A stretch of DNA of 64,000 nucleotides from Amphiscolops sp. MND2022 (taxonomy: Eukaryota): the NCBI GenBank assembly GCA_964187785.1, contig OZ076417.1, forward strand, positions 17,422,001-17,486,000, given 5' to 3'. The translations under genes were made by a program, and so were the position numbers. The notes below the pieces were generated by a model. That model was not told the DNA's origin and searched no databases. It saw only the letters and a program-made list of their open reading frames with translations. Positions 1 to 11,400 of this stretch are shown here, piece by piece. The number at the start of each line of letters is the position of its first letter. The first letter of the stretch is position 1.

Positions 1-2394
1 GTAGGTGTTTCGCCTCAAAGTGGCCAAATTTGGCACTTTTCGTCGAAAATACATGAAAAAACGCACTTTTTTCGCACAAAACAGGTGCAAATGCACACGC
101 CTATTTGCAGAAAGCTCGTAAGAACATCGGCAAGTGATTACACATAAAATTTTGAGCAATCAAAAAAATTTTTCAACCTGACTCAAAGTATTCATACAAC
201 CTGGATCGACGAGTTGTATCTTTCCGTTCCTTTTACTCGTCACCCAGAACAGTTAGAGACAAACGGGTTGCATCTCTAGATAGGTCAGTGTTTGTAGTAC
301 GTTGCCACCAAATTTCGTTTTTCTGGGTAGCCTGTACGAGAAATGGGATGGGCGAGTCGTACAACTCCATTCCGGCAGGTTGTAAGATACTTTTGAGCAA
401 GGATCATCCTCTTCTCAACACTCGCTTCATTGGTCATAAAAAGCTGAAAAAGGCTGGAAAATACCTGTTAACACCTCTAGCAGCCTTTTGACGGCTTGCT
501 AGACCAATTTTAGAGAGTGACCCGTTAAGAGGGTTGGTTATTTCGACTGTTACCTGTTAACTACTAAAAAGCTTCAGAATTACAACATACAGCGCTTTTT
601 CACTAAATTTACCTTTAACCACCAGGCATAAAGCCTTCAATAATGTACATACAGGGTAAAAACATCGAAAACTCTGCTTCTGTCTTCTCCTCGTCAGAGT
701 CGGGTCGTACTTGGCGTCAATCACCAGAGGGTCGGCTCTTTTAAAACCATTAAGGGAAGCACTTCGAAGCGATCCCTCTGTGGTCGCCAAAAAATGATGT
801 CTCTATGTAACGACAGGCTCTCACCACTGTCGCCGTAACCATGAGAGTAAGAGGAACACATGATATGGGTATTTGCCCGGGACAGGCGCCCATGACCATG
901 AGCTCATTTTGCCTCCTTCGGGTAAAAACTGTCCCGTCAGAGGAGGATTCCGCTTCTTGTGAAGTGCTCGCCGGCCTGATCCAGTCTGTAATTGCTATCA
1001 GTAACGCGAATTACGCTTTTTCTTCGAAACCAACGCTTAGATAGCCTTTAAAAACAGGTGAGGTGGAAAAGGAAAATCGTGTTCTCTTGTAGCTACAGAG
1101 GAAATCGAAATAAGTAGCTCACGAGCTATTACCACGACAAAATACGTAATTTACTGCATAATTAGCACTTTTGGGTCAGCAATTAGCCTGGGACACAAGC
1201 ACAGATGCTTGTTCAAGCTAGTTGACTCATTTTGGTGGTCACAACATATTGTAATGATCTGCTAAAGAAAGCACCGATGGGAACAGAGTTTAGTCCGTAT
1301 CGGCCGAAATTTGAGTCTTTTTCTGACAGGTTTTGCGGATTCCTGTAGTCGTCTAGTTCGTAGTGGGTCCCTTCTGCTTCTCTCGCTCAAATCTTCTTCA
1401 ATTTCGGGGACAGGTCCTTTGGTAAAGACACGGTATCCTTCAGCGGAATATGACTTTTCAGGGGAGGGCATCTAGTCCCTTGAACGAAATTTTCAAAAAA
1501 AAATTCGAATTCTCGGACTCGATAAGTGATCGTTACAATTAACTTGTTTTCATTTATGGCTCATATTATGACCAACATGATTCCATTGTGGTCCAAAGTA
1601 TGGTAAGCCCGGAGCCATAAATGGAAAATTAGTATAGCGTCGTCAATTAACGCATACACTTGTTTCGAAGTTACTAGATATTCCCCAACCAAAGTGCCAT
1701 TACCATCAAAAACTGAAAACAAGGTCGAAATCATCAATTTTTGGCAGTTTTTGCTGAATTATTGTTAATTGCCCTCGAAAGGATCGAAAATCACTCTGAA
1801 AAATGTGCACTGCTGTAACAAAAGAGTTAACTGAAGAGTTAACTAATGATTAACTAAAAAGTGGCTGAGAACAAATTGCGTGGACATAATTTGTCGTTAA
1901 CTCCGGGGTTGCGTTTTACGGCGTTGAGACCTGCAATGTATCGTTTGGAGATACAAAAGGTCGAACGTGCTCTATTGCCGGTTCTGCATTCAGCCTTTAA
2001 AGCTGGCATTCTCAATATTTGAAAATTTTTCACTAAATTGCATGTCACGGCAATCCACGTGGCAACAAAAGTTCATGATTTGATCATATTCTGGGCCATT
2101 TATGATTCCGGACTGGACCATTTATGGTTTCATACTGGACCATAGAAATTCATTGCTCCAGGCCGACCATACTCCTAATCATGTATGATTCCAGATTGAT
2201 CACGGTAAGACGATAGAAAAAATTGTATGTTTTGTATGATGCCCTATATGACCAGAGTATGATCAACCTGGTCGGGAAACCAGGGCCTTCTTCCTAGTGT
2301 CAACGAAATTTTTTTGCTGAAGCGATGTTGACAAGCAAAAAGAAAGTGATAAGATTAAATTCAAATATAAAATCAATTGCTTCCAAGGCGATAT

Positions 2395-2460
2395 ACCCGG
2401 TTACTGCACTATACCCAGACTCCGTTAGCACTGGTTCGAATCCCGGACACTTCAAACCTT
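2395..2460 (+). mobile_element. Degenerate tRNA-derived SINE head fragment
   Basis: B-box GGTTCGAATCCC; the A-box is degenerate. Confidence 0.3.
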
Positions 2461-3943
2461 TGATATTTTGGAATTAGGATCTGAATATTTCCCTGAATTA
2501 GTTAAAATAAGCTTGAAAAAGCCTTGCTGTTTGTATTTGTTGTCAAATATTAATTTGTCCTTTTTGCGGTCGTTTCACATTACCATATACATATTTTGAT
2601 TCATTTTGCGGCCGTATATAGTCAAATTCAATTCAATATTTTGACTCTCCAAAACAATCTATAGAGAAACCTTTTAAATCTATGGTCATTTCAAGCGATG
2701 TTGCAATGTATGAAATTCTAAAATATGTCGCAATTTGAACTGCGACTCACCTGCAATAAATCGGACGTTGTCGTGGGCAGCGTTGACGAGAGGGTGTATG
2801 ACGTCACAGATAGGGTATCGTCACTTAGAGACTCGCTGTTCTCGAGGGAGGGTAGGTCAGTTATGGAGTTGGAACCCATGGCAGCAGGATTGATTACGTA
2901 AGAGGGTAAGTAGTAATTACGTAATCAGAGTTGGTTTTGAATATTCAATTCAAACAGTTCAAACAATAAACATTCATGCTGTAACAAAAACTAGAGAATA
3001 TGTTTCTTGACCGTTTAGAAAAGGCCCTCCAGGATAAACGGTTGAACTGAGTGGGTGTTGATTATCACCGGGAAAAAAAACGTTTTATTGGAAATGTTCT
3101 CTGAAACAGAAAAAAAACAATGATTATACGATTACAAAGAAATATTCATGAATACAAGATGTTTTTCAAAAACGTTTCTTTATCTGGAATAAAGGAATTC
3201 ATTGTTGCTCAAGGGTTTGTGAATTATGCTCAAGATATCAAAACCTCATAAAATTGTATAAAAGATATAAAAACATATGAAACGTATAAATATCTATAGT
3301 AAAAATCAGTAATTTGTTTACCCCATTCACTGACGAACTCAATTAGTGTTTCGTTCCAGAAGGACTTTAACTTTCTGTTGATTCTTTTTTCGCCTGACTC
3401 CGATGAAGTTCTCCACGATTTGCAGTAGACATTGCGGCGTTAAAAAAGTAAACAGATTCTTGACAAATTTCCAACTAATTTTAGTGTCGAGAAAAAGTAT
3501 GCAATTTGCATGTGCCAGGATAAATTGTAGTCACGCCTCAATGGATGATAATCGGACACTTGGGAGTCATTTTGGCGGGTAGGATGACAAACTATCCATA
3601 AAGTGGGATTCTTGTTACATTCTTTGGGGAAATGAATCTCCGAACAAAGCATTACCTCAGATGCAGAATTGTTTGATTTTAATCAGAAAGCTCTGCTGCT
3701 AATCTGCATGATTTGCAATTTGTAGATACCAACTTTTTATACTTTTTTTTTCTGCCCTGACAATCGAGGAGAAACTCATAGCTTTAATTGAAGTTGGTTC
3801 TTAACAATTTTCATATATGAATTGTTTTGAGCGTTTTGAATGCCTTTTTTTAGTCGGCGCTTTTCTTTAGAAAAGAGCGACTATATTCATGGCTTTTCGT
3901 CAGTTATTTTTCGATACACGTGAACTGTCCAAATTGGTGTCAG

Positions 3944-4377
3944 GACATTTCATCCTTTGCAATTTCAACCTATGCAATTTCAACCGTTGCCATTTCAACC
4001 GCTCACAATGTCAACCTATTGCATTTTCAACCGTTCGTCATTTCGACCTAAACTTACTTTGGCTAATGGATTCTAATTAGTTACATAATTAATTGGGTGG
4101 TTTTAACTTTCATACATTTCTAAATTCAAATATACTAATTTTTACGCCAGTTTTACGCCGTTCTGGCTTCGTCATGAATAATTACTATTAATTAGGGATT
4201 AAGGCTGTTTGATCCATTGCACTAGAATAATAACAACCGAATTAAGACTAAATAGCCAAAGTCAGTTTAGGTCGAAATTGCGGACGGTTGAAAATGCAAT
4301 AGGTTGAAATTGTGAGGAGCGGTTGAAATGGCAACGGTTGAAATTGCATAGGTTGAAAGTGTATAGGACGAAATGAC
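3944..4377. mobile_element. MITE/foldback-like element with ~120-bp TIRs built of TTTCAACC repeats
   Basis: 3944-4065 is the inverted complement of 4253-4377 (tttcaacctatgcaatttcaaccgttgccatttcaaccgctc versus gagcggttgaaatggcaacggttgaaattgcataggttgaaa). No clear TSD. Confidence 0.8.
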
Positions 4378-4664
4378 GTCATGTAACTGGTGAGATACTT
4401 TATCAGCATTTGGGAAATTTTTTAGTGATGGTCCCACAAGGTCGAAAGAATCATTAATAATTCTTTAAATAATTAATGTAGTCAGAAGTGTCAACCGCGG
4501 AATAAGCAAGTAGTTTTTTAACCTTGTTTTTTTATTTATCTAGAAAACACGGCGAAGTCTAGCCACCAATTCTAATGCATATAAAGATAACGCCTAGCGT
4601 CTAGAGAGCCAAGTATGAGCTCTTGAGGCTGTCAATACGGGAACTGAAGTTTTTAAGACACTAC

Positions 4665-5381
4665 TCAGCCTGAGAAGGATCTGAAATTTGTTTTGCTGAA
4701 GAGGCTCGCTCTGCAATATAAACATCCATTGTCATAACCTTCATCATTTTCATTACTATTGATGGAATCTATTGAATTCCTTCTACAATAATTTGTACGG
4801 TTATTCCTCATCGTTTCTAGCCTAGGGAAGTCATTTTGGGCATCCTGAAACCTTTGGGTAGGATTTTCCGGATGCCGTCCATATGACCCTAGGTCCCTTT
4901 GGGCCCGTTCTTGGCTGAAATCATTCGAATGCGGTCCATCTGACCGAAGGTCCAAATTCGCGTTTTTAGCTGAATTCATGGTTTCCAGAGCGTTTTTGAT
5001 GCTTGGAAGCACCCTTTCCTCTAATGCGGAGTTAATCACATCAAGTATATGAGAATTTAAGTCTGTTTTCAATTCCTCAATTTTTCGAGACATTTGGGAA
5101 GAAATTTCGGAATTAATTAGCCTGTTAGTTTCCACAGTAATCTCACTATTTTCACTCGTGTTAGTGTTCAATAATGACCTAAAGTTATTTTCAGTTTGTC
5201 CTTCACTCCGCTGGTGTCTTCCTGATTCTAAGTCTACTTCAGGTTCTGTATTATTCTCATCTTCAACTAAATCATTTCTCGAGTAGGCTCCTAACATTAC
5301 ATCGAGGTTTTCAATATCTGACATCACGTCAGATTGTCTAGAACGTTTCTCTTTGGCCTTTTGCTTTCTGGTAGAAGGCAT
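4665..5381 (-). CDS. Truncated Gag N-terminal ORF in the 3' LTR, reading 21 codons into flanking DNA
   Basis: Identical to the first 217 aa of Gag up to ...DEGYD, then NGCLYCRASLFSKTNFRSFSG* from the host flank. Confidence 0.7.
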   Translation of the reverse strand: MPSTRKQKAKEKRSRQSDVMSDIENLDVMLGAYSRNDLVEDENNTEPEVDLESGRHQRSEGQTENNFRSLLNTNTSENSEITVETNRLINSEISSQMSRKIEELKTDLNSHILDVINSALEERVLPSIKNALETMNSAKNANLDLRSDGPHSNDFSQERAQRDLGSYGRHPENPTQRFQDAQNDFPRLETMRNNRTNYCRRNSIDSINSNENDEGYDNGCLYCRASLFSKTNFRSFSG

Positions 5382-6180
5382 GACAAGAAGATTGAACGTT
5401 TCTAACAGTGAATTTTGCAATTGATCAAATCAAATCAAAGAGGTTGTATATAGCGTTTCAATATCAACAAAGTGATCCTCTAAACATCGGACTCCTTGTA
5501 TATATAGTTGGGGGACCATGACAATCATTATTTGGGGTGTCATGGTAATAAAAATACAAATGATGTCATAACACTATAAATAACTAAGCGCAGACATGAC
5601 GTCATATTACATCATCAACTATAAATAGCACTAGAAAGGGTTATATCAATAACTGGTAACACTAGTGGTTACATGTACGCAATACTACGTTACGTCGTGA
5701 TAGCTATACTAAGGTATTGCATGAAATAACATGTTGACCTAATGTCAGATTGACTGCACTAAATAACTAAGTTGGTACTGTTTGTCAAATATAGATGGTT
5801 TGTGACCCAACGTCAAAATGACTATAGCACTGTACTGGTACTTAGCGTTAATAGCACTTGAGATTAAATATAGTTGTTGACAGGACGTCAACATGACTAG
5901 AGCGTATTCCCTCTAGCCCCATATCAGGCGTCAAGTGAATACCGTGAGTATATTGATGCGGTCAGTTTGACCTTAAGTCCAAACAGTAGAATATCAGATT
6001 TCATGGTCAGGCTATTTACTAAATACTACTAAAATCAACGAATACATGTAAAATGGTAATTAACATTGTAAATGAGTTATTTCAGTTTCTATATTGGCAA
6101 TACCCCGGGTCCGGGGTTAATTTGACAGTTTTGAGGCATGATTTGATACAAAATGCCGTCACAGGCGGCAGCCTGTGACA
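4730..6180 (-). repeat. 3' LTR (1451 bp) of the 16-kb Gypsy element
   Basis: Near-identical copy of 19371-20821, flanked by TSD TCCAT on its outer side. Confidence 0.96.
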
Positions 6181-6898
6181 CTCCCCGGGGGACTAAGACA
6201 AATGAGCCTGCCCGCATTCCCGCTTGAAAAGCCCGTCGTTTGGCCATCCTCTGATCGTATGTTTCTCCACTGACATGTGAGCCTTCTAGATAGCCCAGAG
6301 TTATTTCCTCTCTGATTTCGGGGAAAGATTTCCCACAGACCACACATCCCGAGTGATAGGTTTCGTTTGGTTGCCCGCAATATCCACTCACGGAAATTGC
6401 CAACCCTGTGATGTGCTGGTTCTGAGCCCATTGATCTGTATATTGCTCGTGCTGTTGCTGGCTGTCATATTGATAGTGCGGCATTTGGTCGACTAACGGG
6501 GGTGAAGCAGGAGTTGCTGGAACCGGCTCAAGTTGACTACACACTGCAATCGGGTGTTGATCCACATTCTGTGCACAGTAGGAGGCTGGAGGATGACCTA
6601 CAGCCCAGTTGATTAATTCTTCAGAAGGTTCGGTGAAATCGCCAATCGTATCCGGAAGAGTTTCTGCTGGTAAGCTGAGGTCATTCAGACTTTCAGTCAA
6701 AGTTGTTGTCATGGCACGTCCTGCAGCTAGCTGTGGAGGGAACGGAGGTTTTTCATAAAAGCATGCCAACACTTGTATTTCGTCTTCGTCTGGTTCTCTG
6801 TCCAGCAGATCTTGAACGGATGTGATTGAATCCACCTCCATATCCTCATCAGAAGAGGCGTACTCAAGGCTGACTAGCGATCTGGGGCGTTCTTCCAT
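6089..6898 (-). CDS. Orphan acidic accessory ORF (~269 aa) in the env position, ending ~30 codons inside the 3' LTR
   Basis: Track ORF 6089..6916. Strong Kozak ACCATGG at 6898, preceded by a possible acceptor CTCCAG (6910-6905). Cys/His cluster YCGQPNETYHSGCVVCG. No signal peptide or TM segment visible. Confidence 0.6.
   Translation of the reverse strand: MEERPRSLVSLEYASSDEDMEVDSITSVQDLLDREPDEDEIQVLACFYEKPPFPPQLAAGRAMTTTLTESLNDLSLPAETLPDTIGDFTEPSEELINWAVGHPPASYCAQNVDQHPIAVCSQLEPVPATPASPPLVDQMPHYQYDSQQQHEQYTDQWAQNQHITGLAISVSGYCGQPNETYHSGCVVCGKSFPEIREEITLGYLEGSHVSGETYDQRMAKRRAFQAGMRAGSFVLVPRGVSQAAACDGILYQIMPQNCQINPGPGVLPI
6181..6192 (-). promoter_or_regulatory. Atypical polypurine-tract position (TCCCCCGGGGAG); only 6 purines, palindromic
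   Basis: Sequence immediately upstream of the 3' LTR TGTCA on the minus strand. Confidence 0.55.
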
Positions 6899-8481
6899 GG
6901 TAAACTGGAGGGACATTCTCCCGTTGTAACGGCTGAGTAGTATTTTCTTGGCAATTTTGATTTATAGATCTCGTGAGACTGATTTTCAGCTGAGTAGATG
7001 TGAGAATGAAGTGATATGGTCGTTCTGACCTAAGGTCTAATCTCAGAATTTGCGGGAAAACTAAAAGGGAAACCCCGCACACCATTTTCCTTATATTCCT
7101 ATTATAGGTAGATTTGGCTGAATGGGACATCAACAACTTAACGGTTGGGTGAGGTGTCTAGTCGTCAAGTAGTCCTTGAGTTTATTTGGCTTTTCTCTTC
7201 AAAGGTCTATGAAGCGGTGTTAACAGGTTGTTAAGTCGTTTACCACTTTTAATATTTGTCAACAATGTTGATCAAAGACCATCGGTCTATGTGACCGTAG
7301 CAGTTGTAATAGCCAATCAGATAAGTTTGACGAATATAAAATAAAATGGAATTTGATAAGGTGAAGCAGTGATTTTGATGAAAATTGAACGTGATGAAGT
7401 AATGTTTTGATTGATACATGTGATGGTTACATAAGGTAGTGAGTTTAATCTGACAGACAGTTGAAGCGTTGAATTACTAATATGATGCACTTTTAGGGGT
7501 ACTTCACTGGCAGGTTCAGTACGCACGATCATTGGTAATTTCATTCCGATTGACATAGTTTTGAGGAATAAGTTAATTCTAAATAATTTATTTTCAGCCA
7601 CGGCTCTCGTTGAAATTTCATTTAATGTGCAATTTTTCAATTAAACGCGGTTAGTGCTTTTGTTGAACGTGTTGTCCACTAATTACGTTCCATTGAATGA
7701 GTCGAAATACTTGGGTGAGGTAAATGCACTGCATGTTGGGTAATAAAGCAAGGTACGTTAATTGATTATTGTCAGTTGAATAAATTCGGTCTCAATAGTA
7801 CGGGGTGTACATGTAAGTAAATTAGTATAGTCTAAATGACCTGTGGTCTTTCATCATGGATGACGTCACAATGTGGAAGAAAGTAGGCTGCTATTATCAC
7901 CTGTCCTATTCCACTGGTAGCTGAGTACATGTAAGCGTTTGTAGTCAAGTGGACTTATTGTCCCATTAAGTAAATAATAAATGAGTGCAAAGTCATACTA
8001 TGTAAACACTAATCTGTTGCAGGCGGAATACAGCGTACATTACGTCATTTGGATACCTTCGTTAATAGTTGTTCACTATACGTTTGGTCTAACCGTTCAA
8101 AGTTGACAGTTGTAATTGATTACAGTTTCCGAGTAGCATCACTTAAGCTGTATTAATTTCCATCAGGAATTTAATGCTGTCTTTCTGACCTTGGGACCGT
8201 ATCATTTCCTTTCAATCCTTGTTACGCACTGGAAATCACATCAAATTTGACTTCTCCTTTAGATCAGTCTACAGCTCTAGTCTGTTTCACTATTTTGATT
8301 CCGCTTCTTTTGAATTGTAGACTAAAATTGATTTTGTGATTACTGATTGCGTTATCATCGCTTGTTCTGGTTTATCAATCCGACTGAAAGTCTCATCACT
8401 CAGCGTTGTAGGAAGGAGCTACCGAAGCCATACGATACAACAGTTTACTGCTGCTTTTGAGCTGAATTCAGACCTTCCATC

Positions 8482-11400
8482 ATGGAAGTATCTTCAGGTT
8501 GGTTCTTTTTGAATCGTTAAATTTTAGCTTGATCAGGGCTTTCATTTAACTAAGAGTCTTCCTCCATCGTGAAAACATACTAAGATGTGTGAAATTTCAA
8601 ATCTACTTCCGGAAGTTATTTGAATGCGGCAAGATGGATATTTTTGCAGGAAGCGAACCGCGATTATTCATTTCCTTTCGTTTAGAAAATGAAACAACTG
8701 GCCAACCAGCTCAAGATACGGAAGAGAAAATGGACACGAGCTCTCCTAGCTTGGTTCGTAGAGAAGCAGTTGAAGAGACTTCAAGTGATGAGATTGAGGT
8801 AATCGAGATCACTTTATCCAGTCCTGAGTGCACAGACATTGAGTCTGCTCTACCCCCAGTCACGCTGATGAAAACTGAGCCTGAGTCTGAAGAAGCGCAG
8901 ATATTTGCTGAAATTCAAAGGAGAAGCGGATTTACAAGTAATAGCAGCACTGGTTCTGATGAAAGTTTCGGAGCGTATGTGACAAGGAAACTAGACGAGA
9001 TGGAACAGTCTGGGCAACCTGAAGTTACACCCAAGACCAATGGCAAGGTCAAACAGAGTGAAAGCGAACCAATTGTCATGCAGCCTAATTGTAGTCCCGA
9101 TGGCCAGGCTTCTTCAAAGCAAACACTCCCTCTTTCCCTATCCAAATACATCAGCGTGGTCAACAACCCTGATGTCAAGCAGATTGAGCCAGCCGAGGTT
9201 ATTGACACGTATGAGTTCACATTTGCCCCAGCAGTGAAACACAAGTCCATCCGGAATGAGAATGAATCCTGTCAACTTGACTCTACGTCCTTAGAACCAC
9301 ATGAACGTCACTTAGCTGAGACACAATCGGGCAGTGAGACTGAAGTTCCATTCTTAAGTGACCATGACTCTACCCGTTACGCTCGGTCAACGTTAGCAGA
9401 AGCGTTGGCACCCCCCAAGACTCAGTACCTCACTTGTAATAGCGATGGGTCTGACTATGAGTCAACCATACAGGCACCCGTAGCAGCATCTAGAGAAGCG
9501 CCTATCTCAATCAGCAGTAGGGAGATAATTCGCAAGTGTTTTGCTGAAACAAATCCCATAAGTCTACCGCAAGGGCACCCGACCGTCGCCTTTAACCAGG
9601 AACAGATGTGCCAAATGCTGAAAGTGGTTGCTGACGAGACGGCAAAATCGACCTTTGGGATGATGAACAGTCTCATACTGAAGGCAAGTCAACTCAACTT
9701 GAACCAGAGTCCTCATTCCGCCAAAAGTATGCATCGGCCAAAGTCAGTCCAATCAACCGGTACGGATTCAGAAACTGACCGGTATACGTTCCGTCACAGG
9801 ACTCCATCTGGTCAAAGTGACTTTTGGACTACCGATCATTCTCGTGAGCAAACTCCCAGTCGGGCATCGGAGATCAACATTCCAAGTCCCCCAGTACCTG
9901 GGTGCAGTCGAAATGACCTTCAGTCCCCAGCTTTGGAGAAAACCGCCGACAGTCCAGGAGCACAGACCTTGGCTGAGTTGAAACGTGAAGCTGCAGTGAC
10001 CAAAACCAAAAAGAAGAAGGGTTCCAAGCGTCCCACCGCTACTAAATCAAAGAAAAAGAAACCCGTGTGGAGGTCTAACAAGGTGATGCGAGAAGAGCTA
10101 TTTGAAGGAATAAGTTGGGCAAGAACTTTTGTTACCGGACCAATGGATCCTAAGTGGAACCCCTATAAATTTTACTGCCAAATTTGTAAGGGGAACGTGT
10201 CCATCTATGGCAGGGGCGTCAAGGAAATTCTTAGACATCACAAAACGGAGCGCCACCTTCGTAGAGACCAACGATGGCGGTATGAACACCTGTCTGTGGA
10301 GGATCCAGTCACCAAGACGATTCGTCACTACGTCAGAGACGAGAATGGTAAACTCTTGACACCGTACGAATTGGAACTTGAATATCCCAAATTCAAGGAT
10401 GTGACTCTCGTTGACATCGGAGAGAAGCTGCCGTTCTATGATGAGGCTATGGCAGGGAATACCCACATGACGTCGTCTTCTGAAAACAGAGTTCGCGTAC
10501 AGATCTCGATCTTGGGCCACTTTCTTCCTAACTTTGGTGACATTAGGTCTTTGCGCAGTTTGTGGAAGGATATTGGAGTAGTCGTCAACCACCAGGCTTT
10601 GTTCTCTGACTTCAACTGGGGAAAAGAACGCCTCTCAGTAAGTCCTCATAAAGTAATTTGCTACTCAGCGTCTAATTGACTAGACTATCCAATATATCGA
10701 TACCTTTCATAAGTTAGGTCATACTTAGCCCTACCGTTATCCTGGCTTGCTGTTACGTTTCAAATCCCCTTGTTAGTATGTTGGATTTGTGTTTTCAGGT
10801 CCTGTTCCATCACATATTCGTGCGATTGTTGGATGACCTTGGGCAATACATTGTGGCTGAAGGACAGTTTGCCGTTGAGTTTGAGTTGAAAGGCCTATTC
10901 CTCTTTATGCACGTGCGTTTCTGGCGAGACAACCAACTGTGTCGTGTTGTTTTGAAAAGGACAGGGCGGACTGGCGGACAAACCCAAGCTGAAAAACATC
11001 TTTTCTCCAGCCTCTTGGGCGCTATTTCAACGCGTCCCAGTCCAGTTTGTGCTAGTGGATGTTCACTCGATTTCGTCCAAGAATTAGATGAGAGTCCTCT
11101 ATTTACATTGGGAGTTCAGAGCTTCAAGCGATTCGACGAGGTGTCACTAGCTAAGTTGATGCACAAGGAAAATTATTCGGTATTTGGACGAATTGACTTC
11201 TTTTCTACCCTAAAGTACTTAGTTGTCTCACTTGGCGGCAGTTTGGACATGGAGTGTGTCTTGCTATCCCCTGAGTTGTCTAAGGTTAGAGTCTTGCATT
11301 GTTTTTGGGTTTCCATGACTAAGACTAGGCCTAAATGACTGTGTTATTTGTAGGCGATTAGAACATGTCAGCTGGACGTCTCTAAACTGCATATCCTCTG

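Noticed and set aside
288-1471. Short ORFs in a slightly GC-richer stretch
   Set aside because: No recognisable motif in any frame and no consistent exon chain; possibly a decayed TE.
1546-2290. Degenerate CCATTTATGG/GGACCA repeats in both orientations (motif also near 59060)
   Set aside because: Too degraded to define termini or class.
4665-5420. Apparent independent partial duplication of gag
   Set aside because: The duplicated block is exactly the LTR (TG..CA ends, TSD, PBS); it is the 3' LTR copy of the LTR-encoded Gag N-terminus.
6089-6916. env gene
   Set aside because: The position fits, but there is no signal peptide, furin site, fusion peptide or transmembrane segment, and the composition is acidic and disordered.
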